Counted from the stretch's first letter, positions 33,507-45,417 are shown. The stretch is 64,000 nucleotides of DNA from an uncultured Chloroflexia bacterium (GCA_963748625.1 CAVVJT010000010.1:96001-160000), one strand, 5' to 3'. The notes: generated by a model not told the origin, from the sequence alone. Numbers and translations are program-made.

Positions 33507-36053
33507 ATGTACAGACGGTTGCCTGCCTGCCTCGTCGCCGTGACGCTGCTCGCGGCCATCGTGACGCCCATGGTTGCTGCGACCGAGGGGCAGCGGCCAT
33601 TCATCGATCGGTCGGCGCCGGCGCCCGGTGGAACACAGCTGCTGCCCGGGGACGCGCCCCTCGCCGACCAGGCCTCCACCTCCACCGTCCTGGCCGTGGG
33701 CGCAGGCAGCGGACACACGTGCGTCGTCCTGAATGATGGAACCGTCGCCTGCTGGGGTGACAACTGGGGCGGCGAAGCGTCGCCACCGGCTGGCACGTTC
33801 ACCACAGTGGACCCGGGCGCTGACCACACGTGCGCGATCCGGGCCGACCGGACGCTCGCCTGTTGGGGCTGGGACGGCGATGGCCGAGCCACGCCGCCGG
33901 GCGGCACCTTCGCGGCGCTCAGCACCGGCGGCAACTACGCATGCGGCCTGCGGACCGACGGGACGCTCGCCTGCTGGGGCGCCAACCCTTGGGGTCAGAC
34001 GACCGCTCCCGCGGGGACATTCACGGCAGTCGGCGCGGGAAACGCCCACGCGTGTGCCGTCAAGAACGACGGATCCGTCACATGCTGGGGATTCAACAGC
34101 TACGGCGACACCGAGCCACCGGCCGGCTCCTTCACCTCGGTCGAGGCGGGTGCCGAGCACACGTGTGCGATCCGATTGGATGGCACGATCGCATGCTGGG
34201 GCCGCGACTTCGAAGGTCAGGCCACGCCCCCCGGCGGAACCTTCACGTCGCTGAGCGTGCAGGAGAGCCACAGCTGCGCCATCCGGACCGACGGGACGCT
34301 CGCCTGCTGGGGTTCCGACTACTTCGGCCAGGCAACGCCGCCATCTGGGACGTACACCGCTTTGAGCGCAGGAACCTCCTACGTGTGCGCGGTCAGGACC
34401 GACGGGGCCCTGGCGTGCTGGGGTTCGACCTGGAGCGGCCAGCAGGACACAGTCGTGACCCCGGCCACCGTCGACTTCGGCACCGTGCGCAGGCGCGTGG
34501 CCGACTCCCCCGAGGATGTCTCGCTCACCAACCTCTCGACGGCGGCAGCGACGGTGTCGGCCGTGGCGCTGACCGGTGCCGCGGCCGCCGACTTCTCGAT
34601 CGCCAATGACGGTTGCACAGGGGTGACCCTGCAGGCCCTCGAATCGTGTGCCGTGACGGTCGGGTTCAGGCCGTCGGCCAACGGCCTCCGCAGCGCTGCA
34701 CTGACGCTGAGCGGCGCCTCGCCGGTCGGGACACGCACGGTCAGCCTGACCGGCACCGGGTACGAGGATCCGTCCGGGATCTCCTGGAGCGCCACCTACA
34801 AGGCTGGGCCCGCCTACACCGGGACCGGTGGCAATGCGCTGGGCCGTACCGTCCAGTCGGGCACCCAGCGCCTCCATCTCGCCTACGCGACAAGCCGGAT
34901 CGGGTCGCGCTGGGCGAAGGACACCGGGCCATACGCCGGTGTCTACTACGTCCGGAGCACCTCAGGCTCGGCCTGGTCGAGCCCCAAACGGCTCAACCCG
35001 TCCACCCAGCACGCCACACGTCTCGGCCTGGCGGCCGCTGGCTCGCGTGTGTACGTCGCGTGGGTCCGACAGACGAAGATCATCCGGTACTCGCCCACGG
35101 CGCCACGGGTGCTCTACGTCCGGGTGAACACCCGCCATGGGGCATCGACCGCATGGAAGCGCGCGGTCCGCCTCACGTCCACCAGCGGACGGGTGGACTA
35201 TCCGACGGTCGCCGCATCCGGCAGCGACGTGTACGTCGCATACACCGATGCCGTGACTGGGTCCGTCAAGGTTGCGGTCAGCCGCGATCGCGGGGCAACC
35301 TGGACGAAGAAGACCGTGGGCTCCACGACCCACTCGGCGAAGGACGGCAAGGCCGCCTGGCCATCGGTCGCCGTGTATGGCTCCACCGTCGCCGTGGCCT
35401 GGATCGGCGATGGGACCGGCCTGGTGAGGACGGCCGTTTCGGTGAACCGCGGGGCGACCTGGACCTCCCAGGACAATGTGGGCACGCAGTCGAACGGCGG
35501 GCTCAGCACGGCCGTCCGCGGTGCCCGGATCGCGGTGGCCTGGACGACAGACGATAACGTCGTCCTCCGCCAGCGAACCGACGGCGTCTGGGGAGATCCT
35601 GTGATCGCTGGAAGCTACGCACCTTCGGAGAACGGCCGGGGAAGCGCGTACGTCTACGCACCTGCGGTGTCCCTCCAGGACCCCAACCGGATCGCCGTCG
35701 CCTGGTCGGAGTACCTTGACGGCTACGACGGGCGGGCAGACCTCCGCTGGTCCGAGTCGGCCGACGGCGGCATGACCTGGTTCATTGCGGACACTCTGGG
35801 AGTCGCGGCGGCCACGTCGACACGACGCCTCAACGACTGGGCCTCGGTGCTGTGGCCATCCACTGGGACCCGACTTGTCGTCTGGAATGGGTGGACCCCG
35901 GAGAGCAGCAGCTTCCGCCAGTACCTGCGGAGTGGCCGTGGCACACCCGTCGGGCCAGGGGTCGTCGCCAGCGTGTGGCAGCCGGCCGCGGACGGACCGG
36001 GCGTGGACGTGCGTAAGGCGCTCACCACATCGCCGCGGACCACCACCCCATAA
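33507..36053 (+). CDS. Secreted protein: seven RCC1/BLIP-II-like repeats, Ig-like (choice-of-anchor D) domain, Asp-box domain
   Basis: Signal peptide; repeats of the form HTCAIRxDGTLACWG; VDFGTV...CAVTVGFRP; SRDRGATW, SVNRGATW, SADGGMTW. Confidence 0.82.
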   Translation: MYRRLPACLVAVTLLAAIVTPMVAATEGQRPFIDRSAPAPGGTQLLPGDAPLADQASTSTVLAVGAGSGHTCVVLNDGTVACWGDNWGGEASPPAGTFTTVDPGADHTCAIRADRTLACWGWDGDGRATPPGGTFAALSTGGNYACGLRTDGTLACWGANPWGQTTAPAGTFTAVGAGNAHACAVKNDGSVTCWGFNSYGDTEPPAGSFTSVEAGAEHTCAIRLDGTIACWGRDFEGQATPPGGTFTSLSVQESHSCAIRTDGTLACWGSDYFGQATPPSGTYTALSAGTSYVCAVRTDGALACWGSTWSGQQDTVVTPATVDFGTVRRRVADSPEDVSLTNLSTAAATVSAVALTGAAAADFSIANDGCTGVTLQALESCAVTVGFRPSANGLRSAALTLSGASPVGTRTVSLTGTGYEDPSGISWSATYKAGPAYTGTGGNALGRTVQSGTQRLHLAYATSRIGSRWAKDTGPYAGVYYVRSTSGSAWSSPKRLNPSTQHATRLGLAAAGSRVYVAWVRQTKIIRYSPTAPRVLYVRVNTRHGASTAWKRAVRLTSTSGRVDYPTVAASGSDVYVAYTDAVTGSVKVAVSRDRGATWTKKTVGSTTHSAKDGKAAWPSVAVYGSTVAVAWIGDGTGLVRTAVSVNRGATWTSQDNVGTQSNGGLSTAVRGARIAVAWTTDDNVVLRQRTDGVWGDPVIAGSYAPSENGRGSAYVYAPAVSLQDPNRIAVAWSEYLDGYDGRADLRWSESADGGMTWFIADTLGVAAATSTRRLNDWASVLWPSTGTRLVVWNGWTPESSSFRQYLRSGRGTPVGPGVVASVWQPAADGPGVDVRKALTTSPRTTTP

Positions 36054-36067
36054 CCCCCGGGACAACG

Positions 36068-36107
36068 AACGGCCCCCGGAGGCGAACCTCCGGGGGCCGT
36101 TGCGTTT
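36068..36107. terminator. Probable bidirectional intrinsic terminator between the RCC1 gene and groEL
   Basis: 15-bp stem AACGGCCCCCGGAGG/CCTCCGGGGGCCGTT between convergent genes. Confidence 0.85.
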
Positions 36108-36123
36108 GGTGCGAGGTGAGGGA

Positions 36124-37800
<1,677 letters not shown>

Positions 37801-38109
37801 CTAGTCCTCGACGATCGCGAGGATGTCCTTCTCACTGATGATCAGGAGCTCGTCGCCCTCGACCTTGAACTCGGTTCCGGCGTACTTCGCGTAGAGCACG
37901 CGCTGGCCGACGGCGACATCCATGGCGCCGCGGGTGCCATCGTCGAGCACCTTGCCCGGGCCGACCGCGAGGACCTCGCCCTCCTGGGGCTTCTCCTTCG
38001 CGGTGTCCGGCAGGACGATGCCCGACTTGGTCATCTCCTCGCGCGGGGTGGGCTTGATGACGAGGCGGTCGCCCAGCGGGCGGAGCTTCGCCGAAGAGGC
38101 GCTGGCCAA
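37801..38109 (-). CDS. groS: Co-chaperonin GroES
   Basis: [31 protein letters not shown]; TTG start after AGGAGG. Confidence 0.97.
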   Translation of the reverse strand: MASASSAKLRPLGDRLVIKPTPREEMTKSGIVLPDTAKEKPQEGEVLAVGPGKVLDDGTRGAMDVAVGQRVLYAKYAGTEFKVEGDELLIISEKDILAIVED

Positions 38110-38310
38110 GGTTCGTTCCTCCTGTGGCGGCCGGGCACGGCCGCCGATGCCCTGGTGACACGGGAGCGGTCGGACAGGACGCCCGGGCCGATCCCAGTTC
38201 TTCATGTGAGCACCGAGCCGGGGGGTTGACCCGGGGTCCTCCTCGTCCGGTGCGCGACCTACACTGCGGCCGGTCCCGGGCGGACCCTGCGGCGTTGATC
38301 CACCGCCGGT

Positions 38311-38337
38311 TTGGCACTCTCGCGTTGAGAGTGCCAG
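38311..38337 (-). promoter_or_regulatory. CIRCE (HrcA operator)
   Basis: TTGGCACTC-N9-GAGTGCCAG versus consensus TTAGCACTC-N9-GAGTGCTAA. Confidence 0.92.
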
Positions 38338-38338
38338 A

Positions 38339-38367
38339 AATGTAGCGAGGTCGGCGCCACGTGTCAA
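38339..38367 (-). promoter_or_regulatory. Sigma-70 promoter of groESL
   Basis: TTGACA-N17-TACATT on the minus strand abutting CIRCE. Confidence 0.85.
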
Positions 38368-38380
38368 ACGCCGGGTCCCG

Positions 38381-38439
38381 CCCGCGGCCCCGCCCTGCCC
38401 TCCGTCCCCGCGGCCCCGCCATGCCCTCCGTCCCCGCGG
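38381..38439. repeat. 26-bp tandem repeat (2.3 copies)
   Basis: CCCGCGGCCCCGCC(C/A)TGCCCTCCGTC. Confidence 0.85.
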
Positions 38440-38444
38440 ATCCT

Positions 38445-38706
38445 CATACGCCCGCCTGGTGGGAGCTATTGGGGCGCCACCCGCCATACGTCCGCCATGC
38501 GGGAGCTATCGGCCACGAACCGGGTCGGACACCCCGTAAGGCCCACCCAGCGGGAGCAAGCGCAGGTCCAAGGGCCAGGACATCGGATAGCGCCCGCCTA
38601 GTGGGAGCAAGTGCACCTCGTGGTGGACCGCCACGCTCGGCTCCGCGGCGTGGGGCCAGTGCCTGTGACCAAGTCTCGGGATAGCGCCCACGTGGTGGGA
38701 ATATGA
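38445..38706. repeat. Array of six YCCRC-N3-GYGGG palindromic boxes with unique spacers
   Basis: Boxes at 38451, 38491, 38542, 38593, 38642, 38687. Confidence 0.78.
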
Positions 38707-38872
38707 CAAGGATGGCGCCGGAGCCGGGAGAGGGCGCCGGAGCCGGGCTTCCCACGGGTGCCCTGTCCGAGCCCGGAAGTGCTCCCGTGGACGATGTCCT
38801 ACCGAGCGATCCGCCGGTCGCCGTGCCGGGGCGCGCGCTGGAGCGCGCCTTCGTGATCTCCTGGGCTGAGCG

Positions 38873-39723
38873 TCAGCGCGGACCCGTCCGTTGGGCTGCT
38901 CGAGGGAATGCGGCGTCGTAGGCGGCGACGAGCCCGTTCCCGAACGCCTCGAGGCCGTCCTCCCCCACCCCGCGTCGCTCTGCCACCCAGCGTGCCGTGA
39001 TCGCCACGAACTCGGGCGTGTTCCGGCCGCGGTTGCCGCCCGGCGGCGACAGAAACGGCGAGTCGGTCTCGACCAGGAGCCTGTCCGCCGGCACGAGCGG
39101 CGCCACGTCCGCCGACGCCTCCTCGCCCTTGCGGAACACGAGGCCCGAGAACGAGATCACGCCGCCCAACGCCAGCATCTCGCGGGCGTAGTCCACCGGG
39201 CCGCTGAAGCTGTGCACGATCACCCGCGGCCGGTCGCCGAAGGCAGCATCGCCGGCGGCACCATCGAAGCCCGCCGCCCGCAGCTCGGCCACCAGTGCGT
39301 CCTGCGCATCACGCTCGCCCATGCGTGAGCGACAGTGGAGGATCGGCGGCTTGCCCGTGGCCAGCGCCAGGGCAAGGTTCCGGCGCAGGTTGTCGAGCTG
39401 GTCCGGCCAGGGCGAGAACATGCGGTCCGAGTCCAGACCGGTCTCACCGATCGCCACCACCCGGTCGTCCTGGGCCCAGGCCTCCACCGTCGCCCAGTCG
39501 GCCGCATCGACCTTCGCGGCATCGTGGGGGTGCACGCCAACCGAGGCGTCCATCCAGGCCCAGCGGCTCACGACCTCGAGGGCGCGCTCCGACGAGCGGA
39601 TGTTCCAGCCGGGCACGAGGAGCCGCTCGAGGCCCGCGGCAGGCGGCGCTCGCCGACGACCTGCTCGAGGTCGTCGTCGAAGCGGTCCGCGTTGAGGTGC
39701 CCGTGCGCGTCGACCAGACGCAT
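38873..39723 (-). CDS. tatD: TatD family DNase; frameshift near 39645
   Basis: VDAHGHL, GVHPH, AIGETGLD, ILHCR, VHSFSG, LVETDSP. Confidence 0.9.
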
Positions 39724-39726
39724 GGG

Positions 39727-40178
39727 CTAGGCCGGGTCGAGCGCGCTGCGGATCTGCTCGACGTGCTGCAGCCGGTGCGGTGCCCGCTCCACCCAGTTGG
39801 GGCTGTCGGCGGCCCGAGCGCCGGCGACCTGCTCGTCGGTGAGCGAGGCGGCGACGATGTCCATCGCCGCGGCGGCCTCGAGGCACAGGGCGGCGGCGGC
39901 CTCGCCGGGAACGGCACGCCAGGTGGGCTCGAGCGCGTCGTTGTTGCGGTTCGTGACGTCGCTGGAGGCTGCGGCGGGCAGGACCATCCCTCCTCGGCCG
40001 CGTGGCGCCAGCGGGCTGCATGCCACGTGTCCCAGAACGCGAGGTGGGCCAGCGCCATCGACACCGTCCACCCGCCGCCGAGGTCCTCGCCGAGGTCGTC
40101 CACGGACAGCCCGGACACGAGATCCGCGAGGGCTGCGGTCGCCTCGGCGTTGGCGAGCTCGAATGCGCGGTCGCTCAT
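39727..40178 (-). CDS. DinB-superfamily protein; frameshift near 39988
   Basis: WTVSMALAHLAFWD...HRLQH. Confidence 0.75.
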
Positions 40179-41836
40179 GCGCGGCTTCCTGCGGCGGGGT
40201 CAGCGTCGGCGGCTTCGGCCTCCAGGCGCGGGAACAGCGGCTGCGGGGTCTCGATGACCTTGCCGGCCTCCCACGTGGCACCCCACTCGAGCTGGCCGAG
40301 GATCGCGGGTCCGCCGTTGCCGTCCGGCCCGTACGCCCAGCCGTAGCCCAGCTGCTCGAGGATCCGCGGGGCCGCGGCCGGCATGAACGGCGCCACCGCA
40401 AGGCCGATGAGCCGGCAGGCCTCGATGAGGTCGGCGAGGACCAGCCGGAGTCGCGCCCCGGCAGCCTCGTCGCCCGCCTTCGCAGCCTTGGCGAGGTTCC
40501 ACGGCTGCTCCGCATCCACGGTCTTGTTGGCGCCGCCCACGAACTCCCAGAGCTCCGCGAGCGCATCGTGCAGGCGGTAGGTGGCGAGCTCGTCCTGGTA
40601 CAGCCGCAGCGTGTCCGCCCAGCCCTCGGCCAGCGGGGACTCACCGGAGGGACGTGGGGCCGGCCGCTCGCCCCCGAGGTAGCGGTTCACCATCGACACG
40701 GTCCGGTTGACCAGGTTGCCGAAGTCGTTGGCGAGGTCCGCGTTGTAGCGGCGGACGAAGCTGTCCCAGTTGACGTCGGTGTCCTTGTCGAAGGCGACCT
40801 CGCGCAGCGTCACGTAGCGCGCGCCGTCGGCCCCGAATGCGGCGACCACCGCGTGCGGGTCGAGGAAGTTGCCGCGGCTCTTGGACATGCGCTCGCCCGA
40901 CACCAGCAGCCAGCCGTGGACCCAGACGTGCTTGGGCGCGTCGAGCCCGGCGGACCACAGCATCGCCGGCCAGTAGATGGTGTGGAAGCGCGCGATGTCC
41001 TTGCCGATGACGTGCAGGTCGGCCGGCCACCAGTGCTGGAACATCTCGATGTCGCCCGGGAAGCCGGCGCCGGTGATGTAGTTGATCAGCGCGTCGTACC
41101 AGACGTAGATCGTGCCGGCCTCCGGATCCCAGGAGCCGTCCTCACGCTGGGCGGTCTGACCGTCCTCGCCGATGGGGAACGGGATGCCCCAGGTGGCCCC
41201 TGCGCGGCTGATCGAGAAGTCCTCGAGGCCCTGGCGGATGAAGCCGAGCATCTCGTTGCGCCGGTAGTCCGGCTGCACGAAGTCCGGGTTGGCCTCGTAG
41301 TAGTCGAGCAGGCGCTGCTGGTAGGCCGAGAGGCGGAAGAACCAGTTCTTCTCTGTCAGGTACTGGAGCGGCATGCCCTGGTGGTTGGGACACTGCATGC
41401 CCTGCGCGGTCTCGAGCAGGTCCGACGGGGCCTTGAAGCCCTCGCTCGGGCAGTACCAGCCCTCGTATGTGCCCTGGTAGATGTCGCCGGTCTCGAACGC
41501 CCGGCGAACCATCTCCTGGGCGGAGAGGTAGTGGTCCGGGTCGGTGGTGCGGATGAAGCGGTCCGGGCTGATGAGCAGCGCATCCTCGGCAGAGGTGAAC
41601 AGCTGCACCTTCTCGTCCACGAACTCGCGCGGTGTGCGGCCCTGGGCCTCGGCGGCCTGGGCGATGTTGACGCTGTGCTCGTCGGTGCCGGTCAGGAACC
41701 GGGTGTCGTCGCCCTGCATCCGGTGCCAGCGCGCGATGACATCGGCGCCGATGACCTCGTACACGGTGTGGAGGCCGGGCGCGTTGTTCGCGTAGGCGAT
41801 GGCGGTCGTGAGGTAGAAGCGACGACGATCGGACAT
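40175..41836 (-). CDS. metG: Methionine--tRNA ligase (short form, non-canonical HIGH motif)
   Basis: FYLTTAIAY, TGTDEH, YVWYDALINY, GKDIARFH, RMSKSRGN, LANDFGNL. Confidence 0.95.
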   Translation of the reverse strand: MSDRRRFYLTTAIAYANNAPGLHTVYEVIGADVIARWHRMQGDDTRFLTGTDEHSVNIAQAAEAQGRTPREFVDEKVQLFTSAEDALLISPDRFIRTTDPDHYLSAQEMVRRAFETGDIYQGTYEGWYCPSEGFKAPSDLLETAQGMQCPNHQGMPLQYLTEKNWFFRLSAYQQRLLDYYEANPDFVQPDYRRNEMLGFIRQGLEDFSISRAGATWGIPFPIGEDGQTAQREDGSWDPEAGTIYVWYDALINYITGAGFPGDIEMFQHWWPADLHVIGKDIARFHTIYWPAMLWSAGLDAPKHVWVHGWLLVSGERMSKSRGNFLDPHAVVAAFGADGARYVTLREVAFDKDTDVNWDSFVRRYNADLANDFGNLVNRTVSMVNRYLGGERPAPRPSGESPLAEGWADTLRLYQDELATYRLHDALAELWEFVGGANKTVDAEQPWNLAKAAKAGDEAAGARLRLVLADLIEACRLIGLAVAPFMPAAAPRILEQLGYGWAYGPDGNGGPAILGQLEWGATWEAGKVIETPQPLFPRLEAEAADADPAAGSRA

Positions 41837-41906
41837 GGTCAGCCGATGGTAGCAGCGTGCCGGAGCGCGGCGGCATGTGGCCGCGACTGGGGATGCCCGC
41901 CGAGGA

Positions 41907-44306
41907 TCAGGGCACCCCGAGCAGCAGGTGGCGGATGGACCATGCCTCGGCCTCGCTCCCCTTGCACCGGACTCGCACCGGTCCTGGGCGACCGGGGTCG
42001 AACGGGGCAGTGATCCGGGTGACGCGCCCGCCGGTCACAGCCAGGTAGAGGAGCCCGATCAGCGGCGACAGCAGGATCGCGAGCACGCAGCCGAGCCCGA
42101 GGTCGCGCCCGACCTGCACGGCTGCCACCTCCCGGACCGGGAATACCGCCGTGTGGACGACCCGATAGCGCTCCAGCCAGACGCGCCCGGCGACCACCAC
42201 CAGCCCCCAGGCGCCGAACATGGCCAGCAGCCCGACCGCGAGGCCGTCCGGCACCGAGCCGCCCGGCGCGAGCGCAGCGCCGGCGATCGCCGGGACCAGG
42301 ATCCCGGCTCCGCTGAGAAGCACGAGGGCCCAATACTGGTGACGCGCCGCCGGATCGAGCAGCTCCGTCCGGGCGGTGACCACGCCATCGGCGACGGCGA
42401 GCCAGACACGTCCGCGGGCCGCGCCGTCGGCGGTCCTGATCGACACCCAGGGCACGGCCGCGGGGAGCTGGCCCGGAAACGCCATCGCGACGGATGCCTG
42501 GTGGACCAGGCCCGGTGCGAACGGTGGGGCCACCGGGCCCGAGGGAGCCGGCGGTGTGAGCATGGCCTGCTGCGTGATCGTGGCCTGCGGCGTGATCGGG
42601 GTTGGCGGAGAGGACGGGTGCTGCCGCTCGGCCTCCCGAGTCCCCGGCGCCGACGCCACCCTGTCGAACAGCCATGCCACTCCGGTGACCATCGAGAACG
42701 CCAGCACCAGGCCCATCGTGACCTGCACGTTCCGGTTGGCCAGAGCCGCTGCGGGATCGCCCTGCGGGTTGAGCAGCGTGTGGAAGAACAGGAAAGTCGC
42801 CCCGCTCGTCGCAAGGAGCCAGGCCACGCGGCTTCGCTGGCGCAGCATGTCGCCGGCCGAGCCACGGAACCCCACCAGTGCGACGAACAGGTTCTGAAGC
42901 GCCGACGCGAACACCAGCAGGAGCATTGCCTCGATCCCTGCGAGGCCGTTGGCCAGCCCGCCGTCCCGGGCGAGCGCCGTTGTCACCATCGTGATCGCCC
43001 ATGCCACGCCGCCCACGGCCGCGAGCGCGGCCACCCCGATCACCGCGAGCCGCCGCGCCCGGGCAGCACCGAGCTCGGTGTCGTCGAGCCGCAGCGCTTC
43101 CGGCGTCCCGAACATGAGCCCCGGCACGACGGCGGCAACCCTGGACACCCCGACCGACCCGGCGGCCAGCAGCAGCGTCGTCGGCCGGACCGACAGCGAC
43201 GCCGCGACACCCCACCGCCGCGCGACAGCCCACGCGACGACATCGTCGCCCACGCCCACGAGGCCATTGGCGACGGTGAACGAGACGAGGAGCCAGAGCC
43301 CGGTGATCGTGAGCGGCTCCCAGCCCGGCTCGAGGAGCGAGAACACCACGCCGTAGAACATGGTGACGCCGATGAGCGCGGCGATGTCGCGCAGGCGGCG
43401 CCGGCGGATCCGCCCGGTGGTCACCCTCCCGATCCGTGCCTCGAGACGTCCCAGCATACCGACGCCGGGGACCCGCGCGGCGATCGCCGCCTCGTGCTGC
43501 GCCAGGAGGCTCGACGCCACCTTCGACGAGATCGTGAGCAACAGCAGGGCGAGCGCCGCGAGCAGAAGGTTCGTGCCCACGACAGCCGGATCGGTGCTGA
43601 CATCGAGCGGGGTCGGGATGTGGGTGGTGATCACCGGCACCAGCGGGCCGGACGGCCGATAGACAGGAGCCTCGGAGCCCACCGCTGCGGCCAGCCGGGC
43701 GTCGAGGATGCCGGCGACCTCGGCGAGGGACGTGACCGGCTCGACGCCCTCGGTCCACGCGTGGCCCACGACTGCGAGGACCGGGCCGCGCCGGGCCGCC
43801 ACCGCCCGGTACTCCACGCCGACGTCGGGCATGTGGATGGCGACCGCGAAGCGGCTGACACCGGTCCGCATCCCCGTGATCATCTCGACTTCGGCGTCAC
43901 CCATCGTTGCGGCCACCGCCTCGTCGACGAGGCGGTCCGCCTGCTGCACGGTGGCGTCGAAGGCTGCCTGGTCGTCGGCCGCCAGCGGCCCGATGAGCAC
44001 CGCAGTCACGAACTCGGCCCCTGACTCCGTCCGGCGCTCGAGGACTAGGGCGTTGTGGTCGCCCGCTCCGGGCGAGTCGCGAATGCCGCCTGCGAGCGCA
44101 TGCGCCAGCGACGTGAAGGAGTCCACGTTGGCGTCGCTCGGGGCGAAGCCGTCGGGCAGGTCTCCGGCAACGATGACGACCGGGCCGAGATCCGGAAGCG
44201 CGGCCGGCGTGGGCGTCGGCGAGGGCGTCAGCGAGGGGTCGGCGCCGACGACCGGGGACACGGTGGCAAGGGCCGTCACACCTGCCAGCAGCACCGCCCG
44301 AAGCAT
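41907..44306 (-). CDS. Large multi-pass membrane protein (FGLLP-motif family-like)
   Basis: Signal peptide, IPTPLDVSTDP...TN, PGLMFG, FHTLLNP; start could be 44409. Confidence 0.65.
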   Translation of the reverse strand: MLRAVLLAGVTALATVSPVVGADPSLTPSPTPTPAALPDLGPVVIVAGDLPDGFAPSDANVDSFTSLAHALAGGIRDSPGAGDHNALVLERRTESGAEFVTAVLIGPLAADDQAAFDATVQQADRLVDEAVAATMGDAEVEMITGMRTGVSRFAVAIHMPDVGVEYRAVAARRGPVLAVVGHAWTEGVEPVTSLAEVAGILDARLAAAVGSEAPVYRPSGPLVPVITTHIPTPLDVSTDPAVVGTNLLLAALALLLLTISSKVASSLLAQHEAAIAARVPGVGMLGRLEARIGRVTTGRIRRRRLRDIAALIGVTMFYGVVFSLLEPGWEPLTITGLWLLVSFTVANGLVGVGDDVVAWAVARRWGVAASLSVRPTTLLLAAGSVGVSRVAAVVPGLMFGTPEALRLDDTELGAARARRLAVIGVAALAAVGGVAWAITMVTTALARDGGLANGLAGIEAMLLLVFASALQNLFVALVGFRGSAGDMLRQRSRVAWLLATSGATFLFFHTLLNPQGDPAAALANRNVQVTMGLVLAFSMVTGVAWLFDRVASAPGTREAERQHPSSPPTPITPQATITQQAMLTPPAPSGPVAPPFAPGLVHQASVAMAFPGQLPAAVPWVSIRTADGAARGRVWLAVADGVVTARTELLDPAARHQYWALVLLSGAGILVPAIAGAALAPGGSVPDGLAVGLLAMFGAWGLVVVAGRVWLERYRVVHTAVFPVREVAAVQVGRDLGLGCVLAILLSPLIGLLYLAVTGGRVTRITAPFDPGRPGPVRVRCKGSEAEAWSIRHLLLGVP

Positions 44307-44565
44307 GGCGACCCGCGGGACGGACAGCGCGTCGCCGCCCACGAGACCCTGGCGCAGGAGTTGGCGGATGTCCACCGACGTCTCCGGGCCACGCGCGACC
44401 GGACCCATGCCGGCCAGCGTGCGGATCGTGCGCCGCCAGCACCAGATGGGACAGGGCCGTCTGCCCCACAACGAGGGCCGCTCGCACCTTGGCGCTGCCG
44501 CGGTTCAGCGCGATGCTGCCTTGGCTGCAGCCTGTCGCGCGCCCACAGCCGCCAGGGAGAGGCCG

Positions 44566-45387
44566 ATGCCGCCGGTCATCGCCGCCACCGCGCCCGCGTG
44601 TGGCGATTGCGGCCGCCCCGCGGGCCCTGGCGACCGGTTCTGTGCGGGCTGCGGAGGCAGGCTCGAGCCTGCCGCGCCCCCGTCTGCACCGCCAGGACCA
44701 CCCGCGCCCACGACGGCAGCGCCGTCCGCGCCTCCACCTCTGCCGGTGCCGGCCTCCCCTAGCCTGCCAGGCCCGCACGCGTCCGTCGGCGCCGGGTCCT
44801 CCTCGGTGGGGCGGCGCGCGTCGCGGACGGGCTGGGTCGGCGTCATGGCCGTCGCGCTGGTGTTCGCGGTCGGGAGCTCGGCCGTGGTGGTCGCGGGTCT
44901 CGGGGCGATCCGGCCTGGGCGGATCGCGGTCGCCCCGGGAACGGCTCCGGCCGACCCCGACGGCGTCCCCGCCGCCGTCTTCGACGACCGCCTGTACGAC
45001 GGCAGCGCCGTTGTCACGGACAAGCCCTTCACGATCCGCGTCGCAGCCGCCAACCCAGCGTCGAGAGCCACCGACCCGGTGTGGCTCATCCTCGAGTGGC
45101 GGCCCGCCGACGCGGACGCAGGGCAGGCTGCCGACGGCACCGTCATCGCGTGCGATCCGACCGACTGCCGGTCGAGTGACGACCCCGACCTGCACCGGAC
45201 CGTCGTCCGCTGGCCGGGTCTCCAGCCCGGGACGGAGACGACCTACGAGGTGACCGTCCAGGTGACCGGCATCGAGCCCGGCGACTCCTTCCGCTACCAC
45301 GCGACCGCCGGATCCGGATCACGACCGGACGCCATCGATTCAGGGAGCGCCTGGACCCTCGAGCTTGCCGTTGAGGCGCAGGAGTAG
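44566..45387 (+). CDS. Zinc-ribbon, Pro-linker, TM, Ig-like domain protein
   Basis: CGDCG...FCAGCG, one TM, beta-rich C-terminus; GGGAGAGG RBS. Confidence 0.75.
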   Translation: MPPVIAATAPACGDCGRPAGPGDRFCAGCGGRLEPAAPPSAPPGPPAPTTAAPSAPPPLPVPASPSLPGPHASVGAGSSSVGRRASRTGWVGVMAVALVFAVGSSAVVVAGLGAIRPGRIAVAPGTAPADPDGVPAAVFDDRLYDGSAVVTDKPFTIRVAAANPASRATDPVWLILEWRPADADAGQAADGTVIACDPTDCRSSDDPDLHRTVVRWPGLQPGTETTYEVTVQVTGIEPGDSFRYHATAGSGSRPDAIDSGSAWTLELAVEAQE

Positions 45388-45417
45388 GCCGCACCGCCGC
45401 GGCACAGGGAGGTTCGC

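Noticed and set aside
38445-38706. Canonical CRISPR array
   Set aside because: The conserved core is only ~13-20 bp and degenerate, the period varies from 40 to 51 bp, and there are no cas genes; kept as an unexplained array
38506-38709. 67-aa ORF with repeated LLPLGG
   Set aside because: The peptide repeat follows from the DNA boxes, whose periods (40, 49) break the frame; no supporting RBS
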